NCBI RefSeq assembly: GCF_006345805.1
Contig: NW_021831284.1
Coordinates: 248,001-312,000 of the forward strand
DNA from: Octopus sinensis
Taxonomy: Eukaryota
Direction of reading: 5' to 3'
DNA length: 64,000 nt
Shown: piece by piece, positions 13,200 through 24,226 of the stretch
How the letters are laid out: every line of letters starts with the position of its first letter
Position numbering within the stretch: position 1 is the stretch's first letter
Notes under the pieces: model-generated
Seen by the model: only the letters and a program-made list of their open reading frames with translations
Database searches by the model: none
Told to the model about the DNA's origin: nothing
Translations under genes and position numbers: made by a program

Positions 13200-13700
13200 T
13201 AATTTCAAAAGTAAAATTTCCCAATAAGATCATTTTGAGGATTTAACAACATTAACTTAAATTAGTTCACACTCTTCAAGACTGCGGATTCATGTACAAG
13301 AATTCACGTTTACATACAATATAGTCAATTTGATTGTACATCTGAACTGTCTCTTCGTTCTGATTGTTTTTCTTCCTTTCCACCATGTCGCCATGTGTAT
13401 TAAAGGATTCTAACGCCTTCTTGCTAAGGAAGACGTCAAACGCACAACAGAACCCTACGAGTGCAGTTCCGTTGTGATTTTTCTTGGTTCTGCTCGGAGT
13501 TTCCATCTGTGCAACTCATCTCAACTTTTACGTTTGGCACGTATGTCGTCTACCGTAGTAGTTAGGACAATTCTATGTTTTCACGTTTTCATCAAGTTTT
13601 CTGTCACCTGTGTTCTTTGTAGCTAGAAAGTAATTTTTCTACATCCGAGAAAATCAATAACTGATCTCATTCCCAGATTTCAGACTACCAACATGGCCAA
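13200..13700 (-). mobile_element. RTE-clade LINE endonuclease remnant
   Basis: NHNGTALVGFC...FNT...NQIDYIV motif. Confidence 0.65.
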
Positions 13701-13859
13701 AACCACATTCCTTAGCTACTCTCTTAGCCCATCGGGCCTAAGGGCCCACCTAGTGAAGGACCTAAATCCCGTGACCTCACAAGCAGGCTTCTGAACCTAG
13801 ACTCGCACAGGGAAAGCAATATGCACATTCAGAAACTGTATATACGCTAATCCCATCTT

Positions 13860-14600
13860 GACATGCTATCTTTCAAGGAAACCTCTCTGAAATCGTGCAC
13901 GGAAGCAGTTATGAACACCGCTTTTTACAAAATCGGCTGGACTAAGGAGAACTCCCCACCAGGTTCGAAGAGATCGGCTTCCGCTCAGTTAAAGACCTGG
14001 ATAGCACACTCCTTTTCCATGAAAAAACCGTTACTGGACCAACACTGCATAGCATGCTTGCTTTCCGCAGCACAAAAACAATGGCTCCTGGCTCGACGCC
14101 TTCCCGTCGGCATCAACGGACTCGTTGTTGGATGACGAGACCCTCCGGATTGGAGTTGGTTTCCGGCTGGATCTTGACATCTATACGTTTCATCGGTGTC
14201 GATGAGGAGGCACGGTGGATGTAAAAGGTCTATACCCCCCCTTATGTCGCCGGAACGCAGACCGCTCGCCTCGTCATGAAGCACTTAACGACATTATCTT
14301 AAGAACACTTATTTCTCGTGTTTCCCTAATGTACCTGAACCAGTCGGTCTAGACAGGGAGGACAGCAACCGCCCAGGGTTATGACAACCTTCCCATTCCG
14401 CCGTGGAAAATACCCTATCTGGAACGCATTGCCCTTCAACATTTCTTTGTCCCTCTGGCATTCGAAACCTTTGGTGACTTCGGCCCCCAAACATTGAAAT
14501 TCCTGAAATATGTCGGCTTCCTCATCGTTCGGAGGAAGATGGATCCTCTTAGCTGAGACAGAGGATTTTGCTTACAATCGTGCGCGGCAACGATTGAATC
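13860..14600 (+). mobile_element. degraded CRE-clade retroelement 3' part
   Basis: PVGLDREDSNRP / MTTFPFRRGKYPIWNA / ETFGDFGPQTLKFLKYVG on the + strand. Confidence 0.7.
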
Positions 14601-14619
14601 GTCGAATTTGTAAAGAAGA

Positions 14620-14870
14620 TAGTCAAGAAGAGGATAGTAAGTCGATAGAGAAAAAATTGGAAGAGTAAAGTTAGGCCAGGGAACAAAACGAGGAGATTCA
14701 TTGTCACCTTTGCTATTCGTTATGGCGATGGATCCCTAACTCTATTTTTTCCAAACTTCAAATTAGTTTGGAAGATTTCAATATGTTGATACTTCACGAA
14801 TCATCTCTTTCTTATTGACGACTTAAAAATAGTTCCTCTCAAAGAAGATGTGCTAGTCAAAATGATGGCA
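14620..14870 (+). mobile_element. R4/Dong-like RT fragment
   Basis: KRGDSLSPLLFVMAMDP and NHLFLIDDLKI motifs. Confidence 0.65.
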
Positions 14871-15267
14871 GGTTTTTTAGATTTTTTTGAATTTAGAAAT
14901 GAATTTTGAAAAATCTTCGTTTAATGTGGAATCTTTATCATGGTATGAGACTGTGGGTAAATCAACGGATATTGGTACTTTAGTGTACGTAACAACAGCA
15001 GAAGTAATGTTCCCAAGAATAAAGTAATAGACTCCATACTGGAGAATGTCAAGACGAGGATAACTATTTTGGCAGTTTAGATTGTAAATTTTCGCAGAAT
15101 AAAAAAACAATTTATAGTAAAAATATTTGAACTTCGGATTTACATAGAATCGAGATTGTACATGGCCACTAACAAGATGTATTGTATGCAGTAAAATTCT
15201 TTTAAATAATAGAATGACCCCTTCTAAGGTGAAAAGGCATTTATCCACTATGTACTAGAATTTAAAA

Positions 15268-15353
15268 CAGCGGTTCTCAACTGAGGATGTGAGAATTTCA
15301 TGGGGTCCGAGCAAAAATTCAAGAGCTGCGAGATTTTTAAGATTTATATACCA
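15268..15353 (+). mobile_element. hAT-MITE left end, abutted by the Helitron 3' terminus
   Basis: Starts cagcggttctcaac, like the cagtgtttctcaac TIR at 24227. Confidence 0.45.
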
Positions 15354-15990
15354 CTAGCTCGGCAGCTCGCTTCGCTCACCGCGACCTAGCTCCTGCGGAG
15401 GGCCTGTTTCATCAAACAAATATAAGTTTATGTAGATGTATAAAACTACCTGGTTTAATGTAACCCTATTCTATCGCCTGTTGATAAACGATGTTTGTCG
15501 TCCGTCCTTCCTTGGCATATATGAATAAATTTTCTCTTCTGCCTACCCTCGAGCATCCCACATACAGCTGTCCATATGAAAAGCACTCACTCTCTAAAAA
15601 TAACCCAACTACCTTTAATGACTGTCCCTGGGCCTTGTTTATTGTCATTGCAAAACTCATCCTCAAAGGAATTGCAGCCTTTTAAATCTAAATGGTAATT
15701 CATCAGAAATTATCGGAATTCGTGGAATATAAACATCCTCACCTCTATACTTACCTGTTAATATCGTCGCCTCTATTACGTTAGCCATCAAATTTTTGAT
15801 AACTAACCTCGTTCCGTTGCATAATTTAGGTGGCGCAAGATTTCGTAATAAAACCACTGGAACGCCTATCTTTAACTTTAAAAGATTCGGATTCGGCATT
15901 CCAGAGGGATCTAAGGAGTTTAAAAATTCAATCCGGTTGAATTTTGAAATAAAAGAAAATAACAAAAAAAAATAAAGAAAAAAAAACAAA
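15354..15990 (-). mobile_element. Helitron 3' part: Pif1-like helicase C-terminus and terminus
   Basis: [57 protein letters not shown]; GC-rich subterminal region, then CTAG|T at 15354. Confidence 0.92.
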
Positions 15991-16734
15991 AAAAATAAAT
16001 AAAAAAAACAAAAAAAAACTTTAAAAATTTGTAAAAAGTATGAACAAAAAAAATCTCCGCCGCCACGGCAACAACCAGTCTAATTTTTTAACAGCCAATT
16101 AAGATAATGCTTAAGAGCCTTTATAGTCCGGAGATTTAGCTTAGTGACCTTGATTAGACAAACCACTGGCGGAAATGGGGCAGCCGGAGATGCGGCAGGC
16201 AGAGTAGCAGCAGCCAAAAAGCGACACACAAAAAGATTTAATTAATTACCTTAAGCTGACCGTTTTTTCTTCAGCTTCGTTTTTCCTCCTTCGGTTATCT
16301 ATTTAAAAAATTATTTTTGAATAATAAAAAGTTTAGGAAAAGAGGCATACCGAAAACAAATTCTATCTTTACGAAAAACTTTAACTAATAGTTAATATTT
16401 TTACGCAAATTCTTCTGATTGCGCTGTCAATTGGTGGTAAATTGTGTTAATGATTGTGCTAATGTGGTTTAACTATCAAAGTGTTTTTCAAAATCTGTTA
16501 ATTGCACACTCTATTCAAGGTCGTGCAATCTGTAATTGCACATTCTGTCAAAGTCAAATATGATAATAGCTATAATTTGATTCATGGTCGATAATGATAT
16601 ATGCATTTAATTTTAAAGAGAAATCATAGGATGAATTGAATTTCTTTATCGCGAATAATTGGGAGTTCATCATTGTTAATATTCTCGCTGTCGTTTTCAT
16701 CAAGGATATTCTTAATACGTGAGATTTTTGCCTC

Positions 16735-17620
16735 GAAGGTTTTAATGGACCTCATCATGAATGTCGAGGACATAACGTTTTTCATTTAATCAAATGCAGA
16801 AAATAATTTTTTGATTTTTGGCGGGAAGGTTTTAATGACCTCATCATGTAAGTCGAGGACATCGTAGTTGTTCATTTTAACCAAAATGCAGAAAATTTTT
16901 TTTTAATTTTTTTGGGGGGAAGGCTTTTAAGACCTCATCATGTAAGTCGAAAACATTGTAGTTGTTCATTTTAACCAAAATGCAGAAAATTTTTTTTTAA
17001 TTTTTTTTGGGGGGGAAGGTTTTAAGGACTTCATCATGTAAGTCGAGGACATTGTAGTTGTTCATTTTAACCAATATGCAGAAAATTTTTTTAATTTTTT
17101 TTGGGGGGAAGGTTTTAAGGACTTCATCATGTAAGTCGAGGACATTGTAGTTGTTCATTTTAACCAAAATGCAGAAAACTTTTTTTTAATTTTTTTGGGG
17201 GGAAGGCTTTAAGGACCTCATCATGTAAGTCGAGGACATCGTAGTTGTTCATTTTAACAAAATGCAGAAATTTTTTTTTAATTTTTTTTGGGGGGAAGGT
17301 TTTAAGGACTTCATCATGTAAGTCGAGGACATTGTAGTTGTTCATTTTAACCAAAATGCAGAAATTTTTTTTTAATTTTTTTGGGGGAAAGGTTTTAAGG
17401 ACTTCATCATGTAAGTCGAGGACATTGTAGTTGTTCATTTTAACCAAAATGCAGAAAATTTTTTTTTAATTTTTTTTGGGGGGGAAGGTTTTAAGGACTT
17501 CATCATGTAAGTCGAGGACATTGTAGTTGTTCATTTTAACCAAAATGCAGAAAATTTTTTTTTAATTTTTTTTGGGGGGAAGGTTTTAAGGACCTCATCA
17601 TGTAAGTCGAGGACATCGTA
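16735..17620. repeat. ~94-bp tandem array (10 copies), probably the core of a Helitron/Helentron-type non-autonomous element
   Basis: tcatcatg marker at 16752, 16841, 16935, 17031, 17124, 17218, 17311, 17404, 17500, 17595; length differences lie mostly in T and G homopolymers. Confidence 0.95.
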
Positions 17621-17646
17621 TTGCCAATTTGAAGTTGGTGTGCACA

Positions 17647-17694
17647 CACAGACAGACAGACAGACAGAAAGACAGACAGACAGACAGACAGACA
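17647..17694. repeat. (CAGA)n microsatellite at the end of the array element
   Basis: cagacagacaga... followed by ccattttattattaagat, an end typical of HINE/DINE-like elements. Confidence 0.9.
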
Positions 17695-19132
17695 CACACC
17701 ATACCATTTTATTATTAAGATTTACAAGTCAATTTTGCAGCTGAGAACATCATTTTTGCAATCTGGAAATTAAATTTGCAGTCAAGAATGTCAATTTTGC
17801 ATGTAAGAAATCCGGTTTGCGGTTAGGAAAATCATTTTTGCAAATAGTAAATGAATTTTGCGACTGGGAAAATCAATTTTGCAATCAATTTTGCAATCAA
17901 TTTTGCAAGTGAGAAATTTTATTATGCAAGAAATTTTTATTACAAAAAAGAATTGTCAGTTAAATCTTCACATCGAATAACTGAGGGGTAATATCTCTTC
18001 ACATGATTCGAGAATTCCATTAACTTTTGTGAAGTTAATACTTCTTTTGCTTCAATTGCAATTTTTTCCAAGTAACTCCTGATGCATCACATTCATTAAT
18101 AAGTTGCTTAAACCATGTTTTACAGGACTCCCCTGTATATAAGCCTCTTCTGCACTTAAAATTATATATTTGTGACGATGACATTGCAGCTATACAATGT
18201 AAATTTGACCCTGCTACTGGGTGCAACAACAATAGACCGACATCCAATTTTTGAACGTCCTTCTTTACGACGACAAAATAAATTAAAATTTGACTCATCT
18301 ATCCAAATTATAGTTCTTCCTTTAGATCTCGCATTCAAAAGACGTGTTAAATACTCCATTCTTTTTATTTTATTTTCCTCTGTATTCATGTTTATTGTGA
18401 TTGGCCGAATTGATTTCGATGAAATTAATTGTCCATCAAGCCAATTTTTTACTGTATTTACACAAACAGTAACATTGAATTGAGCTTGAATTTTTTCAGT
18501 ACATTCGACCAGTGAGATCTGGCAATCACATTTAATCCAAGTTAATAGAGCCGATATAATTTCTTCACTTTTTTACTCCAAATCTTTCCTCCTTTAGGAA
18601 GTAATTCAATTTTTTTATTTTTAATCCAATAATATGCGGTCCTTTATTTCACTTCCAAAGACCTGCATAAAGAGCGCCAATCTTCATCTCTATCGTGTGT
18701 GTCTATGATCAATTTCCGTTTTTCCATTGAATATTTTCCGTAATGTCCTCTTCCTTGTCTGTTTATGCAAATGTCTTCTGTACTATTTTTTTGTGAATTT
18801 TCGGAGGCTTCTCGATTTTGTGCCATTTTTAATTTAATTTTAAACGTAAAAATACTTCATATATATTGTTTAAACGCATTAATGTTCCGTCAAGGTTATA
18901 CAAAATGAATTTGCAAAATTAAATTTCCTACTTGCTAAAGTAATATTCCTACTTGCAAAATTGGTTTTTCCTTGCCGCAAATTAAATTTCCCACTTGACG
19001 TTGTTGTTGTGCTTTGTTGCTATTTCTTGTATTGTTGTTCATTATATTGTAATATCGTTCTTTCTGATTTCCTTGTATCTTATATTCTTGTACTCATTGT
19101 TATATTCCTCAATTCTTGTATCTAATCTGTTT

Positions 19133-19519
19133 ATGATCCCATCTCTTATTCAATCGTTTCAAACATTCGAATGCCTAATCTGCTCAACAAATAACACTCG
19201 CAAGAAGGCGAGAAAGTGCTTTGACTGTCAGAGAGATGTGCACCTATCTTGTGCCGGCTTAACAAAGATGTCATCTGCAGCCCTCGCAATCTGGAAATGT
19301 CCAGCGTGTCTCAGTGCTTGTCCCCTAAAGCCAGCACCCCTTCAAAATCCCCCACTCCCGTCTCGTCCGGTTGTTTGTGACATCCCTTCGAAGATTTGTT
19401 ATCCTCTGTTGCCGGTCTGCGCCGCGCACGGAAGATATGCATATAAAAATTCCGAAAGCAGCTCGGATTGCCGTCGCCGACTCGCTCACGAAGACCATTG
19501 TAAACGCCCTCGATTCTGA
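19133..19519 (+). CDS. PHD-finger ORF of the CRE element (128 aa from ATG 19133)
   Basis: CLIC..KCFDC..VHLSC..WKCPAC is a C4HC3 pattern. Confidence 0.8.
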   Translation: MIPSLIQSFQTFECLICSTNNTRKKARKCFDCQRDVHLSCAGLTKMSSAALAIWKCPACLSACPLKPAPLQNPPLPSRPVVCDIPSKICYPLLPVCAAHGRYAYKNSESSSDCRRRLAHEDHCKRPRF

Positions 19520-22082
19520 CCAGCCTGCTGATTGGCTGAAATTATTTTGCTTTGGTCCCATGGCAATTGGCACACCCTACAGGGAACCTAATTCGAAGCA
19601 GCGCGGTTCACTGACTTCGCAATTAAAGGAAAATTTGACTCTCTTCGACAAAAATCCATTCACGGTCCTTCCTACTCCCCCCGCTGAATTTGAGACCCCT
19701 TTAACGAATAAACCTGAACGCACAAACCTTCGTAATAAAGTCCACGCCAAGCTTATGGAAAACGATGTTAAAGCTGCTGTTCGCCTTGTGGCTTCCGATG
19801 ACGTTGTTCTACCTCCGTCGGAAGAGCTTCTCGAGGCACTCAAACTTAAACATCCGGCTGCCCCCACCGACCTCCGTGCTTTGCCAGTCCTCTCTGGAAC
19901 CCCTACACATTCCTTTACGCCCTCGGAGATCTTAAGCTGCATCGCGAGTTTCCCCCTCAGCAGCAGTGGTGGCGTGGACGGTCTTCGTCCTGGCCACCTA
20001 CGTGACCTGACGTCCCCGGTTACAGGCGAGGCAAGAACCCGCCTGGTGAAGGCAATTACTGCTCTTTGCAATCGGTTCTTCTCCGGCGACCTTATCCCGT
20101 ATGCACGTGACTTATTCTTCTCTGCCAATCTCACTGCCTTGAGGAAGACCGATGGTGGAGTTCGCCCCATCGCTGTCGGAAATGTCTTCAGGAGGCTGGC
20201 TGCTAAGCTTGCTTGCAGGCTCGTCTCTACTGATCTTGGCGCATTTTTCGGACCTGTTCAACTTGGAGTTGCTGTCAAGAATGGATGTGAAGGCGCCGCC
20301 CACGCAATGAGATGTTATATCGCCAATGCGTCAGCCGATTCTCGCCATGACAGGGCACTTCTCAAACTTGACATCAAGAACGCATTTAACTGCATCCGCC
20401 GGGATCACTTCCTGTCAGTTTGCTTCGACCAGTTCCCCGTTTTGTATCCCCTGGCGCTATTGTCATATGGAAGACCTAGCTCTCTAGTATTCGGTTCGGA
20501 TATTATTCCTTCAAGTACGGGAGTTCAACAGGGCGATCCACTAGGTCCCCTTCTCTTTGCCTTGGGAATAAATGGAATAGCTCGGTCGGTTTCTTCCGAA
20601 CTGAATATTTGGTATCTGGACGATGCCACTATTGGCGGCTCCCCAGAGACGATTTTAAGAGACGCTTTGTCGTTGGCACCTGCACTTCTGAGGATTGGAT
20701 TGGAGATTAACCCCACCAAATCCGAATTAGTCGGTGTCAACATTCCTGATAAACGCCTTGACGACCTTTCATCGTCCCTCCGCACTGGTCTTGGCCAAGT
20801 GCGCGCGACTGACGTAAATGATCTCCGGATCCTTGGATCCCCCATCCTGCCGACTGCTATTAAGACTGATCTTCTTACCAAACATTCCACGTTAACTATT
20901 TTGCTGGACCGCCTCACGTTTTTGGACAGCCACGTCGGCCTGTTTCTTGCGAAAAACTTTTTCGCCCTGCCTAAATTACTCTACTCCCTCAGAAGTGCAC
21001 CTTGTTACCTACATGAGGACATTCTCACTGATCTCGGCGACTCCCTTCGTTCGAAGATCGAATCAATATGCAATGTCGAGTTCGACTCTTTGGGGTGGAG
21101 TCAAGCTTCACTCCCCGTACGCCACGGAGGCCTTGGAATTCGGTGTCCGAATGATGTTGCACTGCCTGCCTACCTGTCGTCACTTTCTTCATGCCAGAAA
21201 CTCATGGGCACGGTTCTTCCAACCGATTTTGAACATTACGTGCCCTCTGAGTTATCATCGGCGGTCGTAAAGTGGCACTCGCTAGGACTGGAAATCCCAG
21301 AGGATCAGCATAAGCAATTTGTTTGGGACGAAGTCCGCCTACAATCCCGAATCCAATCTTTACGTACATCTTTCGACCAACACCGCTTGGCCTGCTTTGA
21401 GACGGCATGTCGCCCTCACAGCGGAGCCTGGCTAAATGCCACTCCACTGCCGAGCATTGGGAACCTTCTGGACTGCGAGTCCGTACGCACTGGAATCTGT
21501 TTACGTCTCGGTCTTCGCCTATGCGAGCCACATGTCTGCCGCTGTGGCGCGAAAATCTGTCGCTTTGGATTGCACGCTCTATCGTGCAGACGCAGTGCTG
21601 GCCGCATCCCGCGTCACGCCGCTCTTAACGACCTTATCAGGAGAGCCCTGGAAGTCGCCGGAATCCCCTCCCTGCTTGAACCCACTGGGATCGATCGGGG
21701 GGACGGAAAAAGGCCTGACGGGATAACTGTGTTTCCTTTCAACAGGGGGAAGCCTCTCACCTGGGATGCCACGTGTGTGGACTCTTTCTCGCCTCAGAAC
21801 CTGCTGATGTCGGCCTCCGCTCCTGGATCTATTGTCACAACCGCGGAATGCAAAAAGATGCGGAAGTACTCCTCACTTACGGAGAAGTTCCAATTCCTTC
21901 CATTCGCGGTTGAGACTTCCGGTTCCTTGGGCAGTAAGGCAATCAGCTTCGTTCAGGAGATCGGATCCCGCATGTCTGCCATCACAGGCGACGCCCGCGA
22001 ATCGAGATGGTTTTTCGAGCGGATATCCCTTGCGATAGTACGCTCTAATTCTTTCTCGATCGCGTCGGCTTCCCGCACTTGA
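19437..22082 (+). CDS. CRE-clade reverse transcriptase / restriction-like endonuclease (881 aa from ATG 19437)
   Basis: GVRPIAVG, LKLDIKNAFN, GVQQGDPLGPLLF, WYLDD, CRC..HALSC, KRPDG, WDATC, ETSG; uninterrupted. Confidence 0.95.
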   Translation: MHIKIPKAARIAVADSLTKTIVNALDSDQPADWLKLFCFGPMAIGTPYREPNSKQRGSLTSQLKENLTLFDKNPFTVLPTPPAEFETPLTNKPERTNLRNKVHAKLMENDVKAAVRLVASDDVVLPPSEELLEALKLKHPAAPTDLRALPVLSGTPTHSFTPSEILSCIASFPLSSSGGVDGLRPGHLRDLTSPVTGEARTRLVKAITALCNRFFSGDLIPYARDLFFSANLTALRKTDGGVRPIAVGNVFRRLAAKLACRLVSTDLGAFFGPVQLGVAVKNGCEGAAHAMRCYIANASADSRHDRALLKLDIKNAFNCIRRDHFLSVCFDQFPVLYPLALLSYGRPSSLVFGSDIIPSSTGVQQGDPLGPLLFALGINGIARSVSSELNIWYLDDATIGGSPETILRDALSLAPALLRIGLEINPTKSELVGVNIPDKRLDDLSSSLRTGLGQVRATDVNDLRILGSPILPTAIKTDLLTKHSTLTILLDRLTFLDSHVGLFLAKNFFALPKLLYSLRSAPCYLHEDILTDLGDSLRSKIESICNVEFDSLGWSQASLPVRHGGLGIRCPNDVALPAYLSSLSSCQKLMGTVLPTDFEHYVPSELSSAVVKWHSLGLEIPEDQHKQFVWDEVRLQSRIQSLRTSFDQHRLACFETACRPHSGAWLNATPLPSIGNLLDCESVRTGICLRLGLRLCEPHVCRCGAKICRFGLHALSCRRSAGRIPRHAALNDLIRRALEVAGIPSLLEPTGIDRGDGKRPDGITVFPFNRGKPLTWDATCVDSFSPQNLLMSASAPGSIVTTAECKKMRKYSSLTEKFQFLPFAVETSGSLGSKAISFVQEIGSRMSAITGDARESRWFFERISLAIVRSNSFSIASASRT

Positions 22083-23044
22083 AGCTTTTAATTAATTAAC
22101 TTGTAGTTATTGGTTGGTTTTCATCAAAAAAAAAAAAAAATCTTGCAAAAACAGATTTTCTAACCGCAAATAATTTTCTTGATTGCAAAATCAAATTTTT
22201 AACCGCAAAAATCATTTCTTACTTGCGAAATGAGTTTACTGACCGCAAATTAAAATTGGTACATGCAAAATAGAGTTGTAAATGTATAGTACACTTGCGC
22301 ATGTTTGATAAAGAGAGGTTAAAATTATTTTATATTAAAAGTTAGTTTAACCAAAAAATTTTTTTTAATAATAAAAAATAGTAGCGAGATTTAGAATTTG
22401 GCGAGCAATAGAGGTTTCTTCAGAAATTTTCAATTTTTTTAAAAATTGTGGCTAGCAACATAGGTTTGACTGTATTTGTTCTTTACTGGGTGTAAATATC
22501 CTCTTTGCCTCAAATTTTTACTAAGTTAAACCAATTGAATGTATTTGTGAAGAAAAATAATGCCTTTCTATATACTTTGGAGTATAACTATACAACTTTG
22601 ATATGCCGGATAAGGGTTTTACTAAGTTCAATGAATTCATTTTTTGCTGTACTTTTTGTATTGCAATAAGCTTCATTAGCAGATCAGAAAAAAATACTAA
22701 ATAGACAACTTTAAAATTTAACACAGAATATGGGAATGAATTCTTAATTTATAAAATTTGTGTAAATTTCTGAAGGAATCTGAATAATATCTTTATGATT
22801 TAACCAAACCAAGTAAAACTTGTAATCATTGAAGTCATCCGAACGATTATTTTTAATTGTTCAGGAATGACGGATTCCTCTAGAAGACTTGGCTCTCTTC
22901 CATTAGGTCACGTTTTAGTTGACTAGCATTATAGACAATATAGAATTATTCTGTTAAGCAGTAAAATGAATTCCAAATTAATTTTATTAAATAATATTTT
23001 AAGCAAATATTTTAAATTAAATCCATTTTAAATTGTATAACTAT

Positions 23045-23979
23045 ATGGTTGATGTTTCTTCGTTCTACAAATCAACAGTAAAGGCCCTAAAAATATTAAC
23101 CTAAAAAGACAAGAGTATAATCCAGACGCTCATGAACAAATTAATGAAAATATTTTAACTCTTGTAAAAGCATATAAACTAGTTTAGAACAGCTTCTCCA
23201 TCTATTAGAGATCTCTTGCTCGAATATAATCAAGAATCACTCAAATGTCATGAAATTATGGACTTTTCGACTAAACTGCAAGAATATGACGAAAAACTGA
23301 CTAAATATTTAACTAAATACAAAAAATTGAGCGACACAATTTCTAAATCAATGGAGAAACCGCATGTTTGGTATTTTTATTTGCAGAAAACTACGTAAAA
23401 GGCACTTTAACCAATTTATTTTAGAATGTCTTAAATTATACAACATTACAGAAACTCAGTACTCAATGAATTATATAGATTTGATAAAATGTATTTTTAA
23501 TGTTATATTTCTAAGAACAAGATTTGATTCGGTTTTCCATAAAACAAATAAAGACAAATTTTTTTTCAGTGCTAAAAACGTGGATAAAATGGAGGATTTA
23601 TGTCCTCAGGAGTTAGAACAGGTGATTAGTGAATTCTGACAAAAAAGTTACAAGAAGAGAACGGGGTGCTGTTTCAAGGACTGAAAACAGTGGATGATGA
23701 GATAACGATGGCTGAACGGGCCATTTGTAAAATTGGAAGTTTGATGGATTTGATGGCGTGTTGGACCGATCAGCAGAAAAGTCAAATGGAAAGGATTTTG
23801 GAGAATTCTGAGGCTACCGAAGAAGATTTGAGGTGTGGGAATAGGGATATGGAAAAGGTTGGCTGTTTTTTGTGTTTGAGTAGGCTTCCGTTTGTCAAAC
23901 CACTCGTCGAATCAACTTTTTGATGGTAATTATCATGATGACTTTTTCTGTCATTTTTTTACATTGATATAATCCTTGA
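23045..23979 (+). CDS. STX18: syntaxin-18-like ER Qa-SNARE, multi-exon, with an apparent frameshift and a TGA at a conserved Trp
   Basis: MVDVSSFYKSTVKALK (cf. human MAVDITLLFRASVKTVK), IRDLLLE, LCPQELEQ|LQEEN, ATEEDLRCGNRDMEK, TM segment ending FLH*YNP*; two 26-nt introns in the 3' half. Confidence 0.75.
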
Positions 23980-24226
23980 TTTGTGTTGTTACTACTGTGC
24001 GTCTAGTTATCAAGGTGACCAAACTAATGTTTTATAGCTATATAAGTAAAATTTTAGTGATTAGAATCTAATTAGATGATAGTCACCGAGTTCTAATTAT
24101 GATATCCAGTTCATTCCGCACTTTTGTGTTTATAAGTTCTTTTAAAGTATTCAGAATATGATCGAGATCAATTTGATCAATCATCAAAAACCTCCAAGAG
24201 AAAAGTACTTTTTTAGTTATTTAGGT

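Larger units (their letters stand above)
18998..22140 (+). mobile_element. near full-length CRE-clade non-LTR retrotransposon (PHD + RT + Zn knuckle + RLE)
   Basis: Pyrimidine-rich 5' UTR, PHD ORF, long RT-RLE ORF, 15-nt poly(A) at 22126-22140, short cttg direct repeat on both flanks. Confidence 0.95.
17725..22278 (-). mobile_element. IS630/Tc1-like DNA transposon with repetitive subterminal arms, interrupted by a CRE element
   Basis: TA|caagtcaattttgca ... tgcaaaatagagttg|TA; transposase fragments 17990-18826 (IIWIDESNFNLFCRRKEGRS, NLHCIAAM); tandem ~21-bp ttgca-containing repeats in both arms. Confidence 0.8.

Noticed and set aside
16735-17620. Regular array as a CRISPR-like locus
   Set aside because: Units are full-length tandem copies with no unique spacers, there are no cas genes, and the context is eukaryotic. 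ORF 17160-17447 is just a translation of the repeat.
17725-18830. IS630-like elements (also 41240-41638) as Fanzor/TnpB carriers
   Set aside because: No RuvC/zinc-finger TnpB-like ORF was seen in or beside either element.
19577-21607. Long antisense ORFs in the CRE element (e.g. 19577-20170, 20525-20917)
   Set aside because: These are shadow ORFs expected opposite a GC-rich intact coding strand, with no motifs.
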